A DNA stretch of 64,000 nucleotides, taken from contig CAVZRV010000031.1 of NCBI GenBank assembly GCA_963777605.1, positions 288,001 through 352,000 of the forward strand, read 5' to 3'. The notes beneath the pieces are model-generated. The model worked only from the letters and a program-made list of their open reading frames with translations. It did not search any database and was not told the DNA's origin. The translations under genes and the position numbers were made by a program. The DNA comes from an uncultured Acidobacteriota bacterium. GTDB taxonomy: Bacteria > Acidobacteriota > UBA6911 > RPQK01 > JAPXNP01. Shown here one piece after another: positions 32,198-42,310 of the stretch (its first letter is position 1; every line of letters begins with the position of its first letter).

Positions 32198-34654
32198 ATG
32201 AATATGCAAGCAACCCCAGAATCCGCAAGAGCTGTGAAGGACCCGGTCTGCGGCATGACGGTGGACCCGGAACAGACCGAATTCCGCTCCGAATTTGCCG
32301 GAGAACCGGTCTACTTCTGCAGTCAATCGTGCATGGTTAGATTCCGCGAAGACCCGGCAAAGTTCCTGGCAACCGACCAGGATCGGGATCAGGCCGGAAA
32401 GCAGCCCTCGAGCGGAGCAAATCTGGAGACGGGGTCCTACACCTGCCCCATGCACCCGGGAATCGAAGAAGAAAGCCCGGGTTCCTGCGTCGAATGCGGG
32501 ATGGCCCTGGAGCCCAGGAATCCAACGAACTCAGTTTCCCGAGTTCAATACACCTGCCCGATGCACCCCGAGATCGTCCAGGACGGCCCCGGCACCTGTC
32601 CGAAATGCGGGATGGCCCTGGAACCGATGACCGTTGAGGCGGGGGAAGAAGACGACTCCGAACTGCGAGATATGATTCATCGTTTCAAGTTCGCCGTCGC
32701 ACTCGCGATACCCGTCCTGTTTCTGGCCATGGGACCGATGATCGGCATTCCGGTGCATCGCTGGATTTCGGCAAGAATCTCCAACTGGCTTGAACTGGCG
32801 ATTGCAACACCGGCGATCCTCTGGGCGGGTTGGCCTTTCTTCGTTCGAGGATACTTCTCGGTAAAGAGGATGAACCTGAACATGTTCACCCTCATCGCAC
32901 TGGGCACGGGGGTCGCCTGGACCTACAGCGTGGTCGCCACGGTTGCACCGGGGATTTTTCCGGCCGCATTTCGTCACGAAGGTGGTTCGGTTCCCGTCTA
33001 CTTCGAAGCCGCGGCCCTTATCGTCACCCTGGTCCTGCTCGGGCAGGTCCTCGAACTGCGGGCTCGCAAATCGACCAGCGGCGCCATCACGGCCCTATTG
33101 GGACTGGCCGCCAAGACTGCCCGTGTGGTTCACGATGATGGATCCGAAGAGGATATTCCTTTCGAATCGGTCAAGATCGGTAATCACCTGCGAGTGCGCC
33201 CCGGCGAGAAGGTGCCAGTTGACGGCAGAGTGGTTGAAGGAAGGACAACCGTCGATGAGTCCATGATCACCGGAGAGCCGATTCCCGTCGAAAAGAATCC
33301 GGGAGACGAAGTCGTCGGGGCAACCGTCAATCAGACCGGAAGCGTAGTCATAGTCGCGGAGAAAATCGGAAACGATACTGTCCTTGCCCGGATCGTCCAG
33401 ATGGTCAGCGAGGCCCAGCGGAGCCGGGCGCCGATTCAGCGACTGGCCGATCTGGTCGCAGCCTACTTTGTCCCGATTGTTGTCTCAGCCTCGGTAATTA
33501 CATTCATCGTGTGGTCGATCTGGGGCCCCCGTCCGGCCATGGCGTACGCCCTGGTCAATGCCGTTGCCGTCCTGATCATCGCTTGTCCCTGTGCGCTCGG
33601 ACTGGCCACGCCCATGTCGGTCATGGTGGGCGTGGGCAAAGGCGCCCAGAACGGGGTTCTGATCAAGAACGCCGAGGCCCTCGAAGTGATGGAGCAGATC
33701 GACACCCTGGTCGTTGACAAGACCGGAACTCTCACCGAAGGGCGCCCAAAGCTGGTGACGGTTCAGAGTGCCGGTGGGAGATCGGAACAGGAACTGCTTC
33801 GCCTCGCCGCCAGCCTGGAGCGAAATAGTGAACATCCCCTGGCCGCCGCCATCGTCCATGGGGCCGAGGAACAGGGCCTCACCCTGGTCAAAGCGGAGGA
33901 ATTTGACTCGATCACGGGTAAGGGTGTCAAGGGCAATGTCGATGGCCACGCGGTTGCCCTCGGTAACACGAAGATGCTGGAGGAAGTGAACGTCGATCCA
34001 TCTTCCCTCCAGGAAGTTGCGGATCGGCTTCGCGCTGATGGGCAAACTGTCATGTTCGTCTCCGTCGATGGAAAGGCAGCCGGCCTGCTGGGCGTTGCCG
34101 ACCCGATCAAGGAGTCGACTCCCGAAGCGGTCCAACATCTTCACGAGCTTGGCATTGAAATCATCATGCTCACTGGAGACAACCGGACGACCGCAGAAGC
34201 CGTAGCCCACAAGCTGGGAATCGATCGAGTCGAGGCCGAAGTGCTGCCCGATCAAAAAAACCAGGTGGTGCGGAAACTGCAGGCCGAAGGCCGAAAGGTG
34301 GGGATGGCGGGAGACGGCATCAACGATGCCCCGGCACTCGCCCAGGCCGATGTCGGGATCGCCATGGGGAGCGGGACCGACGTGGCGATGGAAAGCGCGG
34401 GAGTCACCTTAATGAAGGGAGACCTTCGAGGCATCTCCAAGGCGACGCAGCTGAGCCGGGCCACCATGCGAAACATTCGCCAGAATCTCTTTTTCGCGTT
34501 TATCTACAATTCCGTAGGTGTGCCGATCGCGGCCGGAGTCCTCTATCCCTTTTTCGGTATTTTGCTCAGCCCGATTATTGCGGCCGCGGCCATGAGCTTC
34601 AGTTCAGTATCAGTCGTGGGCAACGCACTCCGCCTCCGGAACCTGAGGCTCTGA
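32198..34654 (+). CDS. copA: Cu(I)-translocating P1B-type ATPase with YHS and two HMBD domains
   Basis: DPVCGM..YFCS, two YTCPMHP, TGE, CPCALG, DKTGT, SEHPL, GDGIND, YN and MSFSS motifs. Confidence 0.95.
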   Translation: MNMQATPESARAVKDPVCGMTVDPEQTEFRSEFAGEPVYFCSQSCMVRFREDPAKFLATDQDRDQAGKQPSSGANLETGSYTCPMHPGIEEESPGSCVECGMALEPRNPTNSVSRVQYTCPMHPEIVQDGPGTCPKCGMALEPMTVEAGEEDDSELRDMIHRFKFAVALAIPVLFLAMGPMIGIPVHRWISARISNWLELAIATPAILWAGWPFFVRGYFSVKRMNLNMFTLIALGTGVAWTYSVVATVAPGIFPAAFRHEGGSVPVYFEAAALIVTLVLLGQVLELRARKSTSGAITALLGLAAKTARVVHDDGSEEDIPFESVKIGNHLRVRPGEKVPVDGRVVEGRTTVDESMITGEPIPVEKNPGDEVVGATVNQTGSVVIVAEKIGNDTVLARIVQMVSEAQRSRAPIQRLADLVAAYFVPIVVSASVITFIVWSIWGPRPAMAYALVNAVAVLIIACPCALGLATPMSVMVGVGKGAQNGVLIKNAEALEVMEQIDTLVVDKTGTLTEGRPKLVTVQSAGGRSEQELLRLAASLERNSEHPLAAAIVHGAEEQGLTLVKAEEFDSITGKGVKGNVDGHAVALGNTKMLEEVNVDPSSLQEVADRLRADGQTVMFVSVDGKAAGLLGVADPIKESTPEAVQHLHELGIEIIMLTGDNRTTAEAVAHKLGIDRVEAEVLPDQKNQVVRKLQAEGRKVGMAGDGINDAPALAQADVGIAMGSGTDVAMESAGVTLMKGDLRGISKATQLSRATMRNIRQNLFFAFIYNSVGVPIAAGVLYPFFGILLSPIIAAAAMSFSSVSVVGNALRLRNLRL

Positions 34655-34732
34655 GCCCAACGTCGCTCAACAATTGCCTGCAAAACCGTATCCGAAAACC
34701 GAAACGAATCAAACAGGGAGCTGAATTCAATC

Positions 34733-35664
34733 ATGAGAACCATCAAATTGCTGATCTTCGTCAATCTTCCTATTTCCATCTGACCACCGCTGCATTCGCC
34801 CAGATGGGAGGAGGCATGGGACCCGGAGGAGAGCCCGGTTCTTTCTACGGATGGCAGGGACACGAGTTGCAGGACAACGTGATCCTGCCCCAGATCGCCG
34901 TGGGCGAATCGGTGAGCATGACCCTTATCTTCAGCAACATGGGCAGCCCCCAGCAAATGGGCTGGCTCGTCGATGAACAGGACTACACGGTTCACGCGAC
35001 CCTGAGGTTCTTCGCCAGCAATGGTGGTCCGCTGACCGTCAAAGTGAACGGGGTGACGGATTCGGAGTTCCCCCTCACGTTGGGCCCCTCCGGAATCTCC
35101 TACATGGATGTTTCAGCCCCGGCCGGAAGTGACATCCAAAAGGGTTGGCTCCTCGTGGAGGCTGATGACTCGAACCAGAGTAATTGGGGATACATGGACG
35201 GGCAGGGCATGTTCCGCGGCCGGCGCATCATGGTTTCGGCCTACTACTCGATCTTCGGACCCTCGGGTGACCTCTTGAGTCAGGTCGCCGTCCGGCCGAC
35301 CACTTTCGTCCATGGGACCTTCAGCAATTCAACCATGCCGGCACAGCTCAGACAGACCACGAGCGGGCTTGTCCGTACCGGGATCGCGATCGTCAACACG
35401 AGCGCTGACGATGCCGTTGTCAATCTGAGACTGATCGGGACTGACGGCCAGGAAGTCGCCACCACCGCGATCAGCATCCCGGCCGGAGGTCAGCTGGCCC
35501 GGTTCCTTGACGAATTGTTCGCATCGGTTCCAGCTGCTTTCCAGGGAGCCCTCGAATTATCAACCGATGGTGACGGGATTGTGACCATGGGACTCCTGCA
35601 GACTGGCCTGGTCACGACATCCCTCCCAGTTCATCACTACGGGAGCTGGACAGCCACCCAGTGA
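34733..35664 (+). CDS. Secreted protein with Met/Gly-rich start and paired beta-sandwich modules; frameshift in the signal peptide
   Basis: ATG 34733 MRTIKLLIF../LTTAAFAQ-MGGGMG; ILPQIAVG, TGIAIVN, QLARFLDELF and TTSLPV motifs. Confidence 0.65.
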
Positions 35665-36289
35665 GGACCGCTGAAGAAATCGATCGCAGCGAAACCCGCG
35701 GGGGCGCGTCCTTTCGCATGGCCCGCCAGGGTCGCACATCGAAAAAGCCGACTCCGACGACCGTGAGAAGGATGGAGATCACGACAAGCCCGGAGAGGGA
35801 GACGAAAACCGCTTTTCGAAGCTGAGCTGCGGTATCCTGACGCCGCCGATGCTCCAGCCACCCGGCAAGGACCGCGGCACTGAACGCCACGATCCAGGCG
35901 ATGCCGATTTCGGGCTGGTTCTTGCCCAGGAAGTACTCGTGAACCGTGGGCAGGGTGTTGCGGATGAAGATGTAAACGAGAATGTCCGTCACCCATCAAA
36001 AGGCGAGCAAATATCCTCCCAAGACCACGCCGTGTCGCAAAGGTCGCTTCGTATTGATCCACCTGAAATAAAGAAGGCGGGCGAACAGATTCACCCCGAT
36101 GACGTCGAGGAGATTGATCACGCCATAGTAAACGAACAGGTCCGAGGTTTTGAGGTAAGTGAGGCCATTGACTTTCTGGACGGGAAAGACGAACCACAAA
36201 TAGAATCCCGCAACCCCCAGGATTCCTGCAATCGCCAGGACCACCAGCGTCATCAAGCAGAGCTTCTTCCAGAGGGGATCGTCCTCCAT
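35612..36289 (-). CDS. Hypothetical polytopic membrane protein split by an in-frame TGA at 35996-35998
   Basis: ORFs 35996-36403 and 35612-35992 share a frame (...LLAF*WVTDILVY...) and both are hydrophobic. Confidence 0.5.
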
Positions 36290-36353
36290 TATCTGTTCTC
36301 CTCGCGTCAGTCGCGACTGCCATCCGAAGCGGCGGTCGACTCTCCGGCTGGAC

Positions 36354-37325
36354 TCAATCGTTGGTGTGGCCGAGGGTCTCCTGGATCTGTCGCCACGTGA
36401 CAAGCGTGATATTCTCCCGGCGCAGGAGTTCGCCGAACTCGACGCTGGTCAGGTAGTCCAGTTCCTGTTGTCTCCACGAAGCGCCATAATCGGAGTCACC
36501 CGCAATTCCCCTCAGTTCCTGATCGTCCGTGCCCAGGTGGACAATGAGTTGGGACACCCCCGGTCGCAGGCCCCCAATTGCACGCCTGTAGTAGGCAGGC
36601 CAGCCGCTCGCTGCTTCTTCGGGGGTTATCGACAGGACATCGTCGATCAGAACATCGCCGGGCTCGAGAAAGGACTCCCAGTCGGGAGCCGCAACGGCCA
36701 CCCGCTGACGGATCATTGCGAAGATCTGTTTCGAAAGCAGGATCGGTACTCCCGTTTCCCGCCCGACCTTCAGGTAGGCCTGAAACAGACCCGATCGAAG
36801 GAATAGTAGAAACTGATGCGAGTCCAGGTGGGTGGGCTCGATGCCGATGGTCCGAGCCAGGCCGACTTGCGCCCTGAGCTCGGTTTCCGCTTCGTGCGGA
36901 TCGATCTGGGCCAGCGCCTCGCGAATCGGGAGGAAATAGCCGAATGGGTTGATCAGGCTGGTGACATCAGTTTTTGAGGCCACAGGACCCCATTTGAAAG
37001 GATGCCATTCGCTGGTCAACGTCAGATGAAGGCCCACATCCGTCCCGGGATTGTCTCCGACGTAGTCTGCGACCTCCGGAAGCCAGGGACAGGGCACCAT
37101 GACGCTTGCCGAAGTCACGCGGCCCGATTCCAGGGCGCGGAACGTTGCCGTGTTTACCGCGTGGGCAACCCCGACATCGTCGGCATGAACAATGAGAAGC
37201 TTGTCACTACGCGAATAGCCCAATCGTTCTGCCAGGCTCGATTCGCGCGCCTGAGCCAGGGACGGGCCCATCAGGCTTACCGCGACAACGAAAATGATGG
37301 CGTTGGGCGAGATTCTCTTCTTCAC
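36354..37325 (-). CDS. YdjC/ChbG-family carbohydrate deacetylase, secreted
   Basis: IVHADDVG, GLHLTL, THLDSHQ and LIVHLG motifs; signal peptide. Confidence 0.88.
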   Translation of the reverse strand: MKKRISPNAIIFVVAVSLMGPSLAQARESSLAERLGYSRSDKLLIVHADDVGVAHAVNTATFRALESGRVTSASVMVPCPWLPEVADYVGDNPGTDVGLHLTLTSEWHPFKWGPVASKTDVTSLINPFGYFLPIREALAQIDPHEAETELRAQVGLARTIGIEPTHLDSHQFLLFLRSGLFQAYLKVGRETGVPILLSKQIFAMIRQRVAVAAPDWESFLEPGDVLIDDVLSITPEEAASGWPAYYRRAIGGLRPGVSQLIVHLGTDDQELRGIAGDSDYGASWRQQELDYLTSVEFGELLRRENITLVTWRQIQETLGHTND

Positions 37326-37347
37326 AGCGTCACCTCCCTGAACCGAA

Positions 37348-37842
37348 TCACTCCTGTCTTTCGAAGACCAGTTCTTGCTGGTCTTCACCGGACATGGCGA
37401 GCAGCCGGCGGGTGATCGTGAGTTTCCGGCCGTCTTCCGACAGGGTCCAGCGATCCACTAACTCGGGATAGAAAGGATCCATCGCCAGGCTGCTCCTGAC
37501 CACGAGTACGTCGCCGTCCCAGGCCAGCTTGCTGGTCAGAATGTACCCTTCGAGTTCATTGCGACACTCGGAGCCATCCGTGAGGTAGGTCAGATCCGCG
37601 CGGATCTCGCCCGAACCGCCCTGCTGGACCAACTCGATCTTGAGGACGGATCCGGCGTGATCGATGGTCTGGATCACTTCGTAAGGACCGAACAGCGTCC
37701 CCGATTCCTTCAGGAAGCCCAGGGCACTTTCCTGAGGGTTCATTCTCCATGTACCAGTGTAATTGGGTTCGGCAAGTGCGGCGACAGTCATCGTGTGGAG
37801 GGTTGTGAGGATAAGGAGGGCCTTGATTCTGGTGATCATCAT
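37348..37842 (-). CDS. Hypothetical secreted lipocalin-like beta-barrel protein
   Basis: Signal peptide; PNYTGTW..N..ES and WTLSEDGRKLTI motifs. Confidence 0.65.
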   Translation of the reverse strand: MMITRIKALLILTTLHTMTVAALAEPNYTGTWRMNPQESALGFLKESGTLFGPYEVIQTIDHAGSVLKIELVQQGGSGEIRADLTYLTDGSECRNELEGYILTSKLAWDGDVLVVRSSLAMDPFYPELVDRWTLSEDGRKLTITRRLLAMSGEDQQELVFERQE

Positions 37843-38253
37843 TCTCGGCTCCAGTTCTTCGGTCTCAAGAAAGACTTCCAGGTCTCCCTCGAAGCTTTCC
37901 TACTCTCTAAACGTTCAGTTTGCCTATTCATTAACAACAAATAGATAAGTGAAATGACGAACAGGCCGCGCATGACTGATGGAATCAGGTGGCGTCTTGG
38001 GACAACGAGAACGAGGCTCTTGAAGAGCGATTCGGACGAAGGAACTATTCAATGGTCTTGATACAGCGGAAAATGAGTCTGGGCCTTCGGCGAGAGATTC
38101 CAACGGGCAGGTTACCGGGGGCAAGATCCCGAAGCCGTCACGCCATCCGGACGGCTGCAAACCATCCAATTCTCCCGATCCAAATTATCCAGGTTCTCCA
38201 GTTCAGCCAGGGTTTCCAAATTGGCGTTTCAGGTCAAACCAGGCCGGGGACGA

Positions 38254-38883
38254 TCAGAAAAAACAGGACCACAACCAACCCAACTGCAACCGCAAATATC
38301 CCGGTGACACCCGTTCTCGCCGCCCTGCAGCGATCCATAGATAGAACCCGCTCAAGGCCCAGAAAATGAGTGCGGCGGAAAGCAGATCCATGGTGGCCGT
38401 CCACGCGCTGGTTACAATCCAGTCGCGCTCTCGGCCACCGTTCTCGAGATCAACCCCGTTGAAGGTGTGAAGCATGGAGACGAGTCCGAAACTATCCGTC
38501 GACGTTTCGTCGATCTCGACAAGTCCGGCGGCCTTATCAATCACGATCCGCGTAATGAAAGCCGGGCGGGCGACGGTGAGGCTATACCCGTCTGTGTTTG
38601 AGGACCAGGAGATCGACTCGAGTTCACCGGATATGCCCAACGCATTCATGAGCTCCACGGCGCGATCTTCGTCCTTTGCGGCCGTCAACTCCGGCAGGGG
38701 GACTCGGCGGTGGGTGGTTGTTCTCCTCCCCCAGAACTGGGATATCTGCCACTGGGGATGATTCAACATCAAGCCCGAGAACACAAAGATCCAAAGTTCC
38801 GCGAGCAGAAAGAGACCAACCAGGTAATGAAACCGCCTGGCCTGAACGAACAGTTTGCGAGAGCTCTTGATTGCCATGATCAA
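38254..38883 (-). CDS. PepSY-associated TM helix protein
   Basis: RRFHYLVGL, SGLMLNH, MLH and SGFYLW motifs; 3' end possibly frameshifted. Confidence 0.8.
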   Translation of the reverse strand: MIMAIKSSRKLFVQARRFHYLVGLFLLAELWIFVFSGLMLNHPQWQISQFWGRRTTTHRRVPLPELTAAKDEDRAVELMNALGISGELESISWSSNTDGYSLTVARPAFITRIVIDKAAGLVEIDETSTDSFGLVSMLHTFNGVDLENGGRERDWIVTSAWTATMDLLSAALIFWALSGFYLWIAAGRRERVSPGYLRLQLGWLWSCFF

Positions 38884-38886
38884 AGG

Positions 38887-39492
38887 TCATCCGAGCATCA
38901 GGACGAGGAGTACGTTCAGCGCCACTATTCCGAGAAACGCGAAGACGAGGCCGAGCCTCCTTTCACCAGGCAGACGAATCCAGAGGTAGATCCCGGTGAA
39001 AGACAGTAGGAAGACGCCGACCACCGAAAAATCGGTCACGTCCCGCCAGATTTTCAAAACCCACCAGTTGCCTCGAATTGACGCAACGTGGGGACCGGGC
39101 CGTTTGTGAAGGTATAGGATCCGGTCCAGTGCAGAGATTTTCCGTGTCAGGATTCGCGCCTTCCGATTCCTGGTGTCAACCCGAATCTCTATCCGCTGGG
39201 TCGGCTTCGACATCATCACCAGGACCTCTGCCTGCGCCGGACGCTTCTGGATCCAGTCCACCTCACCGTCGACTCCGGCCTGGGCCGCTACGGCCTGCGC
39301 CAATGGGAGACCGTCGAGGTCGGGCACGGTCAGGTTGGATACCGTTCTGACTCGAGGCTCATCAACCGTTTGCGACTCACCTGGATGGTTCAGGATGAGT
39401 GTGCTGAGGGCAAAAACAAGAAGAACAGGCGCCAGCACCAAACCCAAATGACGATGGACTCGAAGAGACCAGATTCGGACAAAACTGCGCAC
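38887..39492 (-). CDS. PepSY-associated TM helix protein (paralog)
   Basis: RVHRHLGL, LILNH, YLHK and TGIYLW motifs. Confidence 0.8.
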   Translation of the reverse strand: MRSFVRIWSLRVHRHLGLVLAPVLLVFALSTLILNHPGESQTVDEPRVRTVSNLTVPDLDGLPLAQAVAAQAGVDGEVDWIQKRPAQAEVLVMMSKPTQRIEIRVDTRNRKARILTRKISALDRILYLHKRPGPHVASIRGNWWVLKIWRDVTDFSVVGVFLLSFTGIYLWIRLPGERRLGLVFAFLGIVALNVLLVLMLG

Positions 39493-39603
39493 ACCCGGTT
39501 GACTCAAATCGATTCCAGTATTGGATGCTCCGAAACTCGCCGACCCCGACGGACATTGCACGCAGTTAGCGCGTCGTGGATCCGCAACCCAGGGCTGAAC
39601 AAC

Positions 39604-40326
39604 TTACTTCGACGCGACCACTTCAGCTCCGAGAACCCTTGGGTTCTTGGAGCGAGCGTTTCGAAACGTCCTCAGCAGTCGAGCCTCGCGGAAGCCGGCT
39701 CGTTTGAACTCTTCGAGGAAGGCTCCGCCTTCCCTGGCACCGGCGATTCAGGAGAACCAGTTTTCCGGTGCTGCCTCCACGGGAGCGGATGCCCCGTCTA
39801 TTGCGATCAACTCCGCCGCGAATACCTGTCCACCCGGCTTGACGACCCGGCCCAGTTCACGAAAGATACTGCTTCGATCCAGGTTCAGGTTGAAGATCCC
39901 GTTGACGAGAACCACGTCCACGGATTCGCTCGCGATCGGAAGAGATTCCGCGTCACCCGCCAGAAAATCCAGGTTCTGAATCCCAAGATCCTGCGCCGAA
40001 GCCCCTGCCTTGCGAACCATCGCCCTGCTGAAGTCGAGTCCAATTACGTGCCCCCCGGGACCAACCCTGCCAGCGGTCACGAAGGAATCCAGGCCCGCTC
40101 CGCATCCCAGATCCAGCACCGTCGAACATTCACTGATTTCAGCGACGATCGCGATATTGGAGACTCCTGTGAACGAAGCCTTTACCTGGTCAGGCAAGGC
40201 ATCAAGAACCTCCTGCGGATACCCAACGCTCGCCGCAAACCATTCTCCGCAGGGAAACGGCTGCTTCTTCGAGGGCTCGTCCGCTACCTCGGAATAAACG
40301 TCTCTGACTTGTTGTCGAATGCTCAT
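39604..40326 (-). CDS. ArsM-like SAM-dependent methyltransferase, probable selenoprotein (TGA at 39748-39750)
   Basis: VLDLGCGAGLD and NGIFNL motifs; reading through TGA gives ENWFS-U-IAGA...FKRAGF...TAA at 39604; hairpin GGAAGGC-GGA-GCCTTCC just downstream of the TGA. Confidence 0.8.
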
Positions 40327-40410
40327 TCCCTTTGTCACGACTTTCGAAACACGCACACTCCCAGTGAGCTGAAATTCAGAACTGGATGATCGGTGAATTG
40401 GGACCACCGA

Positions 40411-40437
40411 TTGGATCAGTTTAACAAACAGATCTAA
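40411..40437. promoter_or_regulatory. Imperfect 12-3-12 inverted repeat upstream of the methyltransferase (candidate repressor operator)
   Basis: TTGGATCAGTTT-AAC-AAACAGATCTAA, with 10 of 12 positions complementary. Confidence 0.45.
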
Positions 40438-40560
40438 ATCACACGCTGCAGGAGACAGACCACGCCGTCTCGAAACTCCGGCCTGGGACAGAAAACATGA
40501 CCTGCTGCGAAGTCAACCTGGCGGAGTCATCGTCAGAGCCCCTTCGCACCGCGCCGCAAA

Positions 40561-40800
40561 GAGATCATTCAGAGGGCGAAGCTGACTACCCTCCCGTTCG
40601 ATTGCAAATGCCATTTCGCCCTCCGGGCTTTAGCCCCCAATCGTCCATCGTCGTCGTGGAACGCGGAAGCTTCTCCCTGAAACTCGAAGATCGGTACCAC
40701 GCGGCTCCCGATACTGAACTCACCACTCCCCTAGAAGAAGGCAGGTGTTCAACCCCAGAATCCTCTAGGTTCTCCAGTTCATCCGAACCGAAGTTCCAGA
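40561..40800. repeat. Degenerate repeat-family copy 3
   Basis: Starts GAGATCATTCAGAG and ends AGGTTCTCCAGTTCATCCGAACCGAAGTT, resembling the two ends of copy 1; the interior is unrelated. Confidence 0.5.
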
Positions 40801-40874
40801 GGGACCACGGAAGCACAACCCTGTTGGATTTGCTGGTGAACATTGCTGCATATCCAACAGTGCCTCCTTGACGG

Positions 40875-40984
40875 ACAAGTGTCCAAAAGGACTCGCCGTC
40901 GAACCTTCAAAGACATAAGACATTCAAAATCAATTGTTTAATCGAAGGTACGAAGGAGAGGACGTATTTGGTACAGGCATTGCA
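40875..40984 (+). promoter_or_regulatory. Sigma-54 promoter with IHF site and candidate enhancer, upstream of the DUF3347-cus operon
   Basis: Palindrome GGACAAGTGTCC (~40875); IHF consensus AATCAATTGTTTA (40928-40940); TGGTACAGGCATTGCA (40969-40984). Confidence 0.75.
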
Positions 40985-41085
40985 ACCTTTGATCCCGAGT
41001 ATCGAACACGGCCCCGGGACGCTGCCTCAGTGAAAAACACGTTCCTCGGGCTCCGGTTCAAAACAGAATTCTCAGGAGAACACAG

Positions 41086-41559
41086 ATGAAGCAAAGATCG
41101 GTGAAGCGAACCCTGATGGCATTAGCAGTTCTCGCGTCGGTCAGCCTGGCCTGGGCCGAACCTGCAGACAAGTCAGTGGACATGATCCTTGGTGACTACT
41201 TCAAGATTCAGTCGGCCCTGGCTCAAGACAATACGACCGGCATTGACGGTGCCGCCCAGGCGATTCAGAAGACCGCCGAATCGGTCGAGACAACAGATCC
41301 TGAGGTCAAGACCCTGGTGACGCAAATCCAGTCAGCCGCCGAGAAAATCCAGGGGCAAAACCTGGAGGCGGCTCGAGGAACCTTCTTCGAACTGACCCGA
41401 CCGCTTCTCGCATACCTCAACAAGTTCCATTCGAGTAAAGACAGCTACTACCGCTTCTTCTGCCCAATGGCCAAGAAAGCGTGGATCCAGTCCGACAACG
41501 ATACCCGCAACCCGTACTACGGCAGTTCCATGCTCAAGTGTGGCCAGCTGATCACGTAA
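41086..41559 (+). CDS. DUF3347 periplasmic metal-binding protein
   Basis: YFKIQSALAQD, FCPMA..W and RNPYYGSSMLKCG motifs; signal peptide. Confidence 0.88.
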   Translation: MKQRSVKRTLMALAVLASVSLAWAEPADKSVDMILGDYFKIQSALAQDNTTGIDGAAQAIQKTAESVETTDPEVKTLVTQIQSAAEKIQGQNLEAARGTFFELTRPLLAYLNKFHSSKDSYYRFFCPMAKKAWIQSDNDTRNPYYGSSMLKCGQLIT

Positions 41560-41590
41560 TCAACGCGATTCTTCGGCTCTGAGGGCCGGG

Positions 41591-42196
41591 CTGACTTAAA
41601 ACTTCATTTTGGAGCTTGGACACTGGGTCGACTTGAAACGTGGAATGGCACGGACACAGAGCCGGGGGTAAGGCGAAGCCGCGCCCCCGGGTGCGCGGAC
41701 CCAGTTTCACTCTCTGAATGATCCGCGCAGGGCGCGGGGGCGGGGCTGGCCTGAGGCTTCAATTTGATGAACTGGAAATCCTGGATGATTTGGACGCGTT
41801 TGGATGGAAATTGGGCGATCGGTGGAGAGCCAGGGACGCGGTTATCGGCTGGCTCCTGGATCCTGGCCCGGTGCCAGACGTGGATGAGTGATGATCACAG
41901 GATCGGCGCCGGGCTGGCCCCTGAAGGGGGCCTGTTTCCAGGCCCACCCATCAAGAATCCAGCCCTGAAGGGGGCCTGTTTCCGGCCCACCCATCAAGAA
42001 TCCAGCCCTGAAGGGCTGACACTCGTCGGACGGGGTGAATCCGGGGCGCGACCTTACAGGCCGCAAACGAAGTGCGGGACCACAGACCCAGGGCAAGCCC
42101 TGGGCTGAAACCAAGGCGCCTTCAGCGCCCGACCCAGTTTCACTTTGCGAATGGTTTGGCGCCGCCCGGCCCAGTTTCACTCTCTGAATGGTTTCC
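41591..42196. repeat. Two tandem repeat-family units (41591-41724 short; 41751-42196 long, inverted relative to copy 1)
   Basis: Each begins CTGA..(A)CTTCA.TT and ends CCAGTTTCACTCTCTGAATG. The long unit has a ~43 bp internal tandem duplication (~41918-42005). Confidence 0.85.
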
Positions 42197-42310
42197 GCGC
42201 GCGGAGGGGGCCGGGCTGAGACGGCAGCGCCCAAAACGTGAGGTGACAGCCCGCCGCTCCCGGAATTTGGTTATTGGTACTTCACGAATCCACGTTGGAT
42301 ACTTGAAGCA

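Noticed and set aside
35996-35998. Second in-frame TGA as a possible selenocysteine
   Set aside because: It lies in a hydrophobic TM segment with no Cys-type motif and no convincing downstream hairpin. A base error or nonsense mutation is more likely.
41918-42005. Tandem ~43 bp repeat as a mini CRISPR array
   Set aside because: The copies are directly adjacent with no spacers, and there are no cas genes in the window.
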